From assembly GCA_036626395.1 (NCBI GenBank), contig JAZKRZ010000001.1:1-63701 (forward strand): DNA of 63,701 nucleotides, given 5' to 3'. This document shows, piece after piece, positions 47,497-56,291 of the stretch. Origin of the DNA: Haloarculaceae archaeon (GTDB lineage: Archaea > Halobacteriota > Halobacteria > Halobacteriales > Haloarculaceae). A model generated the notes under the pieces. That model had not been told where the DNA came from and did not search any database. It worked only from the letters and a program-made list of their open reading frames with translations. Position numbers and translations under genes: made by a program. Positions within the stretch are counted from its first letter, which is position 1. Each line of letters opens with the position of its first letter.

Positions 47497-48843
47497 ATGG
47501 AATCTCTGGGCGGCGACGACGCGGCGGTCGACCCGGGTTCCCCGACGGTCGCGACCGCCGGTCGCGAGGTCCCGGCAGTCGATACCGGGGCGGCGCTCGC
47601 CGAGTTGCCACGGCCGACGGTCGCGTGGTCGGAGAACGGTCGACAGGTCGTGGCCGGCGGATCCGCCGTGACGGTGACTGCCGACGGCGCCGACCGGTTC
47701 GAGACGGTCAAGCGGGCCGGGCAGGACCTCTTCGCCGAGGGTATCGTCCCGTCGTCGCTGCCGGAGTTCGCGCGGCCGGCGCTGTTCGGCGGCTTCGCCT
47801 TTCACGAGAGGGACAACGCCGACGGCGACTCGCCGTGGACGGGGTTCCCGGACGCACAGTTCGTCTTGCCCGCCGTGCTCGCGGTCACGCCCGAAGGCGG
47901 TCGGCCGTGGGTCGTCGCCTGTGCGACCGGGCCGAACGCGGAGGACCGCGCCGGATCACGGCTTGAGACCTGGGCGGAGCGACTCGCGGCCGCGACGTCG
48001 CCGGGGGTCGGGAGCCCGCCGGGGGTGAATTCGCGGACGTTCACGCCCGATGAGGCGGGCTGGCACGAGCAGGTCGAGGCGGCCGTCGACAGGATCCGCT
48101 CGGGCGCACTCCGGAAGGTCGTGCTCGCACAGGCACAGACGGTCGAACTCGAGCGGTCGGTGTCGGTACCGGTCGTCTACGGGCGGCTCCGCGAGACCTA
48201 CCCCGACTGTTTCAGGTTTCTGGTGGCCCCCGACGGCGGCGGACAGTTCTTCGGGGCGACGCCCGAGCGGCTGGTCTCGCGCGACGGTCGGACGGTGCGA
48301 ACGGACGCGCTCGCCGGGTCGACGGGGCGGGGTGACACGCCCGCCGAGGACGAGTGGCTCGCCCGCGAACTCCAGGAGAGCGAGAAGGACCGCCACGAAC
48401 ACGAGCTCGTCGTCGAGGCGATCAAAGACCAGCTGGAGCCGTACGCGACGTCGATCTCGACGGGCGACCGGACCGTCAGGCGGCTGGAGACGGTCCAGCA
48501 CCTCCGGACGCCCGTGACCGCGGACCTGGCGGAGGACAACCACGTCCTCACGCTGGTCGAGGCGCTCCACCCGACGCCGGCCGTCGGCGGCCTGCCGCCC
48601 GACGTCGCACTCCGAACGATAGAGGAAACCGAGGCCTTCGAGCGCGGGTGGTACGCCTCGCCCGTGGGCTGGTTCGACGCGGCGGGTAACGGGACCTTCG
48701 CGGTCGCCATCCGCTCGGCCGTCGCGACGGACCGCCGTGCGACGCTGTTCGCGGGCAACGGCATCGTCGCCGACAGCGACCCCGACCGCGAGTGGGACGA
48801 GGTACAATTGAAGTACCGTCCGGTCCTCGACGCACTCGAGTGA
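47497..48843 (+). CDS. menF: Isochorismate synthase
   Basis: Chorismate-binding enzyme motifs (GATPERLV, HPTPAVGG, GWYASPVGW) in men-cluster context. Confidence 0.85.
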   Translation: MESLGGDDAAVDPGSPTVATAGREVPAVDTGAALAELPRPTVAWSENGRQVVAGGSAVTVTADGADRFETVKRAGQDLFAEGIVPSSLPEFARPALFGGFAFHERDNADGDSPWTGFPDAQFVLPAVLAVTPEGGRPWVVACATGPNAEDRAGSRLETWAERLAAATSPGVGSPPGVNSRTFTPDEAGWHEQVEAAVDRIRSGALRKVVLAQAQTVELERSVSVPVVYGRLRETYPDCFRFLVAPDGGGQFFGATPERLVSRDGRTVRTDALAGSTGRGDTPAEDEWLARELQESEKDRHEHELVVEAIKDQLEPYATSISTGDRTVRRLETVQHLRTPVTADLAEDNHVLTLVEALHPTPAVGGLPPDVALRTIEETEAFERGWYASPVGWFDAAGNGTFAVAIRSAVATDRRATLFAGNGIVADSDPDREWDEVQLKYRPVLDALE

Positions 48844-48865
48844 TGGCGACGGAGGGACCGAACTC

Positions 48866-50695
48866 GTGACCGCGCCGAACCGGGCGACGCTCTGGGGCGA
48901 ACTCATCGTCGACGAACTCGTCGCCGCCGGCGTCGAGGCCGCCTGTCTCGCACCCGGAAGCCGGTCGACGCCGCTGACTGTCGCGTTCGCGAACCACCCC
49001 GATGTGGAGACGTTCTCGGTCCTCGACGAGCGGTCGGCGGCCTTCTTCGCGCTCGGTCGGGGCCGCCGGACCGGGACGCCGACTGCCGTCGTCTGCACGT
49101 CCGGGACGGCCGCGGCGAACTTCCACGCCGCAGTGGTCGAGGCCAGCCAGTCGGGTGTTCCGATGGTCGTGCTGACGGCGGACCGGCCGGCCGAACTCCA
49201 CGACAGCGGGGCGAACCAGACCGTCGACCAGTCGGACCTGTACGGCGACGCCCCGCGATACCACCGGACGCTCCCCGAACCGGCGCCCGAGCCGCGCCGG
49301 CTCCGGTCGGTGCGCGTGACCGTCGCGCGGGCCGCCGCGAAGGCGGTCGGCGCCGACTCCGGCCCGGTCCACCTGAACGTCCCCGTCGCGAAACCGCTGG
49401 AGCCCGCGGAGGTGCCGGGCGACGTTCCCGATTCGCTCGCCGACGCGGACCCGGAAGCCGTCGAGGGGCGCGATGGCCCGTTCGTCCGGACGAGCGAGGG
49501 CGTCGCGACCCCGGGCGACGCCGTCGTGGCCGACGTCGCTGGGGCGCTCGCGGACGCCGACCGGGGACTGCTCGTGGCGGGACCGCTTGCCCCCGGTAGG
49601 GTCGACGCCGACGCGGTTGGGGGTTTCCTCGACGCCACCGGCGTCCCGTTGCTCGCGGACCCCCTCTCGGGCCTCCGGTTCGGGTCGCTGGTCGCGGACG
49701 GCGACGGCAACGCGACCGGCCCGGAGGGTCGACTCGTCTGTGGCGGCTACGACGCGTACGTCAGCAGCGAGGGGCTGTCCGACCCCGACGTCGTGGTGCG
49801 GGTCGGCGCCTCGCCGACGTCGAAACCCCTCAGGAAACAGCTCGCCAGTGCCGACGCGCGACAGTTCGTGGTCGACCCTTCCGGCGAGTGGCCCGAAGCG
49901 GAGTTCACCGCCACCGACTACGTGCGGGCGGACCCATCGCGGGTACTGGAGGCGGTCGCGGACCGGCTGGTCGACCGGTACGGCGCGAACCCGCGGGGCG
50001 ACACCGCGGACGTGACCGGCGCCCTTGCCGCGAGCACGACCTGGCGCGAGCGCTTTCGTCGCGCCGAACGCGCTCACTGGGAACTCGTCGAGGAGGCGAG
50101 GGCGGAGCGGCTGTTCGAGGGCGGCCTCCTCGCGAGCGCGGTCGAATCGGCGCCCGACCCGGCGACGCTGTTCGTCTCCAACAGCATGCCCGTCCGGGAC
50201 TGCGACCGCTTCGGTGCGCCCCGGGCCGCCGACCTCACGGTGCTCGGCAACCGGGGCGCCAGCGGCATCGACGGTATCGTGAGCAGCGCGCTCGGTGCGG
50301 GCAGCGCCACCGACGACCCGCTGGTGCTCGTGACCGGCGACCTGGCGTACTACCACGACATGAACGGGCTGCTGTCGGTGGCGCGGTGTGGCCTCGACGC
50401 GACGGTCGTCGTCGTGAACAACGACGGCGGCGGCATCTTCCACATGCTGCCCATCGAGGAGTTCGACCCGCCCTTTACCGACCAGTTCAAGACCCCCCAC
50501 GGTCTCGATTTCGAACCGACCGGCGACCTCTACGGGCTGGACTACGAACGCGTCTCGACCACCGCCGGGTTCGAGCGCGCCTACGCAGAGTCCCTCGCGA
50601 GCGAGGGGGCCCATGTCGTCGACGTCACCGTCGACGCAGAGGAGAGCCACCGCTTTCGCGAGACCCTCCAGGAACGCCTCCACGACCGCCTCTGA
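48866..50695 (+). CDS. menD: SEPHCHC synthase (2-succinyl-5-enolpyruvyl-6-hydroxy-3-cyclohexene-1-carboxylate synthase)
   Basis: ThDP enzyme (GSRSTPL; GNRGASGIDG; VVNNDGGGIF). GTG start, following menF. Confidence 0.85.
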   Translation: MTAPNRATLWGELIVDELVAAGVEAACLAPGSRSTPLTVAFANHPDVETFSVLDERSAAFFALGRGRRTGTPTAVVCTSGTAAANFHAAVVEASQSGVPMVVLTADRPAELHDSGANQTVDQSDLYGDAPRYHRTLPEPAPEPRRLRSVRVTVARAAAKAVGADSGPVHLNVPVAKPLEPAEVPGDVPDSLADADPEAVEGRDGPFVRTSEGVATPGDAVVADVAGALADADRGLLVAGPLAPGRVDADAVGGFLDATGVPLLADPLSGLRFGSLVADGDGNATGPEGRLVCGGYDAYVSSEGLSDPDVVVRVGASPTSKPLRKQLASADARQFVVDPSGEWPEAEFTATDYVRADPSRVLEAVADRLVDRYGANPRGDTADVTGALAASTTWRERFRRAERAHWELVEEARAERLFEGGLLASAVESAPDPATLFVSNSMPVRDCDRFGAPRAADLTVLGNRGASGIDGIVSSALGAGSATDDPLVLVTGDLAYYHDMNGLLSVARCGLDATVVVVNNDGGGIFHMLPIEEFDPPFTDQFKTPHGLDFEPTGDLYGLDYERVSTTAGFERAYAESLASEGAHVVDVTVDAEESHRFRETLQERLHDRL

Positions 50696-50780
50696 TACGG
50701 GCTGTGGTAACTCGCCACCGGTCCGGGGCACCACCGGTAACCAGTCCCGACAATTTCGACGAGCCGTCCGCTCGGTTCGC

Positions 50781-51824
50781 TCAGGCCTCCAGCATCGAGA
50801 GCGTGAGCACGGAGAGCGCGCAGGGGACCCACGTGACAGAGAGCGTCACGACGCCGACGACGGAGACCAGACCGACGCCCGGCAGTGCCACGAGTGCGAG
50901 CGGTGCGAGGACGCTCCAGAGGCCGAAAACGGTAACGGCGACCTCCGGGACCGAGAGGAGGTAGGCGAACATCACCAGCGTACAGGTGGCGACCAGGAGT
51001 CTGACGACCATCGGGAACGCGGGAGAGAGCGCGCTCGCGACGAAAAACGGATAGAGGAAGAACATCGAGACGAACAGGAGTGCCGACTGCTGGGTCGGCA
51101 CGAATCGCTCGGGGTCGAGACTCGGACTGTCCGACCCCCCCCGTCGAACGGCCCACGACCGGGTCTGTTCCCAGGCGTTCCACGACCAGTCGGCGTTGGG
51201 GCCACTCGTCGTTCCGGCGGCCGCCTGTCGCCTGGCGGACGGGCCGTCGGCACTGCTGGCAGGGCCGGCCGTCGCCTGTGCCCCCGAGGACTGCCAGCGC
51301 GACTCCGTCGGCCCGGTCTTTCGTCCCTGGCCGCTACTCCGCCGTCCGTCCCGGCCTGTCCGGGGACCGTCCGAGTTCGAGACTGACCCCGACCCGCGGG
51401 CGTTCCCTGTGGACGACCCGGGGCCCGGCCGGTTCGCCCGACCCGCCGTCGCATTCCCTGCCCGGCCTCGTCGCTGACGGCGGTACCTGTCACCTCTCGA
51501 CCCGCCGGTGTCGTCGCGTTCACCTCCCACCCCGGTTTCCCCGTCCGGCGAGTCGGTGGCACTTTCGGCTTCGTTTCCGGCGTTACTGGTCGTGGGCCCG
51601 CTGGAGGTGTACGCCTCGTGGCCCTGGCGGTCGTAGCGGGCCCGCTCGCGCTCGTCGGTCAGCACTCGCCTCGCCTTGTTGAGTCGTTTGGTCCGCTCGC
51701 CGGCGTCGACGTCGTCGCTGACGTCCGGATGGACCTGCTTTATCTCGTCGCGGTAGGCCTCCTCGATAGCCGCCGTGGAGGCGTCCTCGGCCACGCCGAG
51801 CAGGTCGTAGAACGTCTCAGTCAT
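50781..51824 (-). CDS. J-domain (DnaJ-like) membrane protein
   Basis: N-terminal J domain (FYDLLGV...HPD). It is followed by a long Gly/Arg/Ser-rich linker and about 4 C-terminal TM helices. Confidence 0.75.
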   Translation of the reverse strand: MTETFYDLLGVAEDASTAAIEEAYRDEIKQVHPDVSDDVDAGERTKRLNKARRVLTDERERARYDRQGHEAYTSSGPTTSNAGNEAESATDSPDGETGVGGERDDTGGSRGDRYRRQRRGRAGNATAGRANRPGPGSSTGNARGSGSVSNSDGPRTGRDGRRSSGQGRKTGPTESRWQSSGAQATAGPASSADGPSARRQAAAGTTSGPNADWSWNAWEQTRSWAVRRGGSDSPSLDPERFVPTQQSALLFVSMFFLYPFFVASALSPAFPMVVRLLVATCTLVMFAYLLSVPEVAVTVFGLWSVLAPLALVALPGVGLVSVVGVVTLSVTWVPCALSVLTLSMLEA

Positions 51825-52199
51825 GCCAACGAGTGCTCCGGTATCGTCACTCGATAGGAGCGTGTCCTACATTAACGCAGGGGTCTGTGGTATCGAGGTC
51901 GATACTCCCCGGCTGGTCCCGTGCACGGACAGGCGACGGTTTCGAACGGCCAGTTCCGACTCGACCGTGGTTCGAATGCGCCGAAGCCGCTGTACCCGCC
52001 GGGGCCGGGGCCCGCGTGCGGAGCGCCGGCCCAGTCTCGAGCGGGACGGCGTGGGAGCCAGACGTGGATTCACGCAGGTCGTCCGCGCGGGTAACCGGGC
52101 CACATCTCGGTACGGCGGTCGCCGGGGAGCGAGCGAACCCGGCAGTGACTGGACGCCGTCCACGGAATCTTTTTGCGCGGGCCGGCCCCAGCGACTGGC

Positions 52200-53153
52200 A
52201 TGGTTTCCGAGACCTTCAACCCGGAGCGGTGGGAGTCGGTCGACGAATTCGACTTCCGCGACCTGACCTACCACCGGGCGACCGGCGTCGGGGCGGTCCG
52301 TATCGCCTTCGACCGCCCGGCGGTCCGCAACGCCTTCAGACCGGGGACCGTCGACGAACTCTACACCGCCCTGGACCACGCCAGGCGCCAGACCGGCGTC
52401 GGCTGTGTCCTGCTGACCGGCAACGGCCCCTCACCGAAAGACGGGGGCTGGGCGTTCTGTTCGGGCGGCGACCAGTCCGTGCGCGGCGAGTCGGGCTACG
52501 AGTACCGGGGCGAGGACGGCGAACGGCCGGACGTCCCGGAACGGTCGAGCGGTGAACCCGACGAATCACGAGACGACGACCGCGAGTCCGCCGCGAGCCC
52601 GGGTCGCCTCCACATCCTCGAGGTCCAGCGTCTCATCAGGCACGTCCCGAAGCCCGTGGTCTGCGTCGTGCCCGGCTGGGCCGTCGGCGGTGGCCACTCG
52701 CTGCACGTCGTCTGTGACCTGACCATCGCCAGCGAAGAACACGCGAAGTTCCTCCAGACCGACCCCGACGTCGCGTCCTTCGACGCCGGGTTCGGGTCGG
52801 CGTACCTCGCCCGCCAGATCGGTCAGAAGAAGGCGCGCGAGGTCTTCTTCCTCGGGAAGACCTACGACGCTACGGAGGCTGCGGACATGGGTATGGTCAA
52901 CGAAGTCGTCCCACACGAGGACCTGGAGGACGTCGCGCTGGAGTGGGCCGAGCGGATCCTGAGCAAGTCGCCGATGGCGATCCGCATGCTCAAGTACGCG
53001 TTCAACATGGCCGACGACGGGATGGTCGGCCAGCAGGTGTTCGCCGGCGAGGCCACCCGACTCGGGTACATGACCGACGAGGCCGCCGAGGGTCGGGACG
53101 CGTTCAACGAGGGTCGCGAGCCCGACTTCGACGAGTTCGACTGGCACTACTGA
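52200..53153 (+). CDS. menB: 1,4-dihydroxy-2-naphthoyl-CoA synthase
   Basis: Crotonase fold with MenB motifs (FCSGGDQ, GWAVGGGHSLHVVCDLTIAS, PDFDEFDW). The stop TGA at 53151-53 abuts a MITE B fragment. Confidence 0.9.
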   Translation: MVSETFNPERWESVDEFDFRDLTYHRATGVGAVRIAFDRPAVRNAFRPGTVDELYTALDHARRQTGVGCVLLTGNGPSPKDGGWAFCSGGDQSVRGESGYEYRGEDGERPDVPERSSGEPDESRDDDRESAASPGRLHILEVQRLIRHVPKPVVCVVPGWAVGGGHSLHVVCDLTIASEEHAKFLQTDPDVASFDAGFGSAYLARQIGQKKAREVFFLGKTYDATEAADMGMVNEVVPHEDLEDVALEWAERILSKSPMAIRMLKYAFNMADDGMVGQQVFAGEATRLGYMTDEAAEGRDAFNEGREPDFDEFDWHY

Positions 53154-53192
53154 TACGGACCGTTGTACCCATTTTCGGCGATGCCGCCGACG
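53154..53192 (-). mobile_element. Truncated family B element (B3, about 39 bp of one end)
   Basis: TACGGACCGTTGTACCCATTTTCGGCGATGCCGCCGACG is identical to the first 39 nt of B2. Similarity then stops. Confidence 0.7.
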
Positions 53193-53435
53193 ATACCCGA
53201 GACCCTCCCCGGACGCGTGGTCATAAACGTTCGTCCGGTGACACCAATTCGATACATTCGGAGGGACCTCGCCGACCGACCGGCGAAGGTCACCCCGGTT
53301 CGACGCTGTGTCCGAGGCCCCACGACGTACCGAAGCGGTCCGCTCGGCCGGGAGAAGGTAGTGCCTCGGGCTTCGAGGTTCCAGCGCGGGCGGGTCGACT
53401 GAAACACTTATACGAGCGACGAGCGAAGTGGGGTT

Positions 53436-54095
53436 ATGACCTACGATACCGTCGTTTTCGACAACGACGGTGTCCTCGTCGGACGGACGAGTTTCGACGT
53501 CCTCGAGGACGCGACCCGCGAAACGTTCGACCGGTTCGGCGTCGAGGACCCGGACCCCGACCACGTCGAGGACATGACCATCGGTGCGACGCCCGAAACC
53601 GTCGACGCGGTCTGTGAGACCTACGACTTCGCCCCGCTGGAGTTCTGGCGCGCCCGTGACCGTATTGTCTCCGAGGCGCAGCAGGCAGAGGCCCGCGCGG
53701 GCCGCAAGACGCCCTACGACGACGTCGACACGCTCGCCGACCTGGACGTGTCGATGGGCGTCGTCAGCTCCAACCAACAGGCAACGGTCGATTTCCTGCT
53801 GGACCACTTCGAACTCCGACACATGTTCGGGACCGCCTACGGTCGCGAGGCCACCATCGGCAGTCTCACGTTGCGAAAGCCCGACCCGCACTACGTCGAC
53901 ATGGCGCTTTCGGACCTGAAAGCCGAGACGGCGCTGTTCGTCGGTGACAACGAGTCCGACATCCGGGCGGCCGAGAACGCCGGCATCGACTCGGCGTTCA
54001 TCCGCCGACCCCACCGCCGCGACTGGGAACTGAACGTCTGGCCGACCTGGGACATCGACTCGCTCGACGACCTCCACGACATCGTCTACGCCTGA
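53436..54095 (+). CDS. HAD-superfamily hydrolase
   Basis: FDNDGVLV motif I and VGDNESD motif IV. The stop TGA at 54093-95 abuts MITE A4. Confidence 0.8.
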   Translation: MTYDTVVFDNDGVLVGRTSFDVLEDATRETFDRFGVEDPDPDHVEDMTIGATPETVDAVCETYDFAPLEFWRARDRIVSEAQQAEARAGRKTPYDDVDTLADLDVSMGVVSSNQQATVDFLLDHFELRHMFGTAYGREATIGSLTLRKPDPHYVDMALSDLKAETALFVGDNESDIRAAENAGIDSAFIRRPHRRDWELNVWPTWDIDSLDDLHDIVYA

Positions 54096-54203
54096 TACTG
54101 TCGGACACACGTGAGGCCACCGTGGATGGCTCGTTCGACCGGGAACGGGCGTTTCGATAGCGTGTTCCCGGCGAGCGTGTTCACGTACTTGTGTCCGACA
54201 GTA
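54096..54203 (-). mobile_element. MITE-like element, family A, copy A4 (108 bp, inverted)
   Basis: Flanked by direct TGA (54093-95 and 54204-06). The left TGA is the stop codon of the HAD gene. Confidence 0.85.
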
Positions 54204-54279
54204 TGAGCGTCTGCGCGTCGCCACGAGCGGCCGTCGCGGATGCGAACTTTGACACTCGCTCCGTCCCGAGTGCCCGGTA

Positions 54280-55251
54280 ATGTCGACCGCGGACGCCCAG
54301 GTGTCGAAACGGCGAGCGTGGGTGATGGCCGCGCGGCCACAGACGTTACCGGCAGGCGCTTCGCCGGTGGTCGTCGGCGCGGGACTCGCGCTCCACGCCG
54401 GCGTCTTCGCGGCGGTCCCGTGGCTGGCGGCGCTCGTCGGCGCCCTGCTCATCCAGGTCGGAACGAACTTCGCCAACGACTACTACGACGCCGTCAAGGG
54501 CGCCGACACGGACGACCGCGAGGGGTTCACACGCGTCACGGCGGGGGGGCTCATCCCGCCCCGACAGGTCAAATTCGCGATGGTCGCTACCTACGGCCTC
54601 GCCGTCCTCGTCGGGGTCTACCTCGTCGCCATAGGCGGTATCCCGATCCTCGCCGTCGGTCTCTCCAGCATCGCCGCCGGGATACTCTACACCGGGGGCC
54701 CCTACCCCTACGGCTACCGGGGGCTCGGGGACCTCTTCGTGTTCGTCTACTTCGGCGTCGTCGCCGTCACTGGCACGTTCTACGTCCAGGCAGTCGCCAG
54801 CGGTGAGGTCGGCCTCTTCCCGCTGTGGGTCCCCGAGGGGACCGTTCCGCTCGCCGCCGTCCTCGCCAGTCTCCCCGCCGCGGGGCTCTCGACGGCGATT
54901 CTCGTCGTCAACAACGTCCGCGACAGGGAGACCGACGCCGCGGCGGGCAAGCGGACCCTCGCGGTCGTGCTCGGCTACCGGTGGAGTCGCGTCGAGTTTC
55001 TCCTCCTCGTCGGGATGGCCTACGTCGTCCCGGTCGTTTTCGCGCTCGACCCGGCGTACGGCCTCCCGGCGCTGACGCCGCTGCTCTCGCTCCCGCTCGC
55101 CGCCTCGGTCTCCCTGACGGTCCTGGAACGGGCGGACGGCGGCGCGTTGAATCCAGCTCTCGAGCGCGTGGGCCAGACGCTGTTCGCTCACTCGCTGCTG
55201 TTCGCCGCCGGACTGGCCGCGCCCGCTCTCGTCCCCGCACTGTCGCTATGA
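54280..55251 (+). CDS. menA: 1,4-dihydroxy-2-naphthoate polyprenyltransferase
   Basis: UbiA-family multi-TM protein with an NDYYD motif, in men context. Confidence 0.85.
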   Translation: MSTADAQVSKRRAWVMAARPQTLPAGASPVVVGAGLALHAGVFAAVPWLAALVGALLIQVGTNFANDYYDAVKGADTDDREGFTRVTAGGLIPPRQVKFAMVATYGLAVLVGVYLVAIGGIPILAVGLSSIAAGILYTGGPYPYGYRGLGDLFVFVYFGVVAVTGTFYVQAVASGEVGLFPLWVPEGTVPLAAVLASLPAAGLSTAILVVNNVRDRETDAAAGKRTLAVVLGYRWSRVEFLLLVGMAYVVPVVFALDPAYGLPALTPLLSLPLAASVSLTVLERADGGALNPALERVGQTLFAHSLLFAAGLAAPALVPALSL

Positions 55252-56291
55252 TCGAACCGTTCTCGCTCCCGCTGTCGTCGCCGCTCGACACTGCGTCGGG
55301 GGCGGTCGACCGCCGCGAGGGGTTCCTCGTGATGTACGACCACCGTGGCGTCACGGGGGTGGGCGAGTCGACGGTCCTTCCGGGGTGGACCGAGTCCCTC
55401 GACGAGTGCCGGGAGGCGCTCGACCGCGCGCTGGCAGTCGGCACGGACGACCGACACAGCGAGGCGCTGCTGACGATGGACGCCGACGAAGTGCCGGCGG
55501 CGAGGCACGGCTTCGCCACCGCGCTGGTCGACGCCGACGCGCGGGCCGACGGCGTCCCGCTGTACCGGTGGTTCGACGGGGACAGTCGCGTCCGGCGGGT
55601 TCCGGTCAACGCCACCGTCGGGGACGACGATGTCGAAGGAACGGTGACGGCCGCCGAGACGGCCGTCACGGCGGGGTTCGACTGTCTGAAGCTGAAGGTC
55701 GGCGCCCGCGAGTTGGACGCCGACGTGGCGCGACTGCGGGCCATCCGCGAGGCGGTCGGTCCGGACGTGACCCTCCGTGCCGACGCCAACGGCGTCTGGG
55801 ACCGCGAGACCGCCCGCCTGGCTGTAGAGAAGTTCGCAGCGCTCGACGTGGCCTACGTCGAACAGCCCCTCGCGGCCGAGGACCTGTCGGGACTCGCCGA
55901 CCTCCGCGGCGGTCCGGTCGACGTCGCCGTCGACGAGTCGCTGGTCGAACACCGCGTCGCGGACGTCCTCGACGCAGACGCCGCGGACGTGCTGATATGC
56001 AAGCCGATGGTCCTCGGCGGGCCGGGTAACGCCCACACGCTGGCGATGCGGGCTCGCGACCTGGGCGTCGAGCCGGTCGTGACGACCACCATCGACGCCG
56101 TCGTCGCCCGGACCGCGGCGGTCCACGTGGCGGGGGCCATCCCGGACGTCCGTCCCTGCGGGCTCGCGACGGCCGACCTGCTCGCGGCGGACCTCGGCCC
56201 CGACCCCGCGCCCGTCGCGGACGGCTCTGTCGCCGTGCCACAGGACCCGGGACTCGGGGTCACGTTCGAGGACCTGGAGGGACCACGGTGA
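55248..56291 (+). CDS. menC: o-Succinylbenzoate synthase (enolase superfamily)
   Basis: ATG at 55248 overlaps the menA stop (ATGA). Enolase-superfamily motifs (LKLKVG, DANG, EQP). Confidence 0.8.
   Translation: MIEPFSLPLSSPLDTASGAVDRREGFLVMYDHRGVTGVGESTVLPGWTESLDECREALDRALAVGTDDRHSEALLTMDADEVPAARHGFATALVDADARADGVPLYRWFDGDSRVRRVPVNATVGDDDVEGTVTAAETAVTAGFDCLKLKVGARELDADVARLRAIREAVGPDVTLRADANGVWDRETARLAVEKFAALDVAYVEQPLAAEDLSGLADLRGGPVDVAVDESLVEHRVADVLDADAADVLICKPMVLGGPGNAHTLAMRARDLGVEPVVTTTIDAVVARTAAVHVAGAIPDVRPCGLATADLLAADLGPDPAPVADGSVAVPQDPGLGVTFEDLEGPR

Noticed and set aside
51969-51977. GGTTCGAAT (T-loop-like string) in the 375-bp gap upstream of menB.
   Set aside because: The flanking bases cannot form a T-stem or an acceptor stem, so this is not a tRNA.
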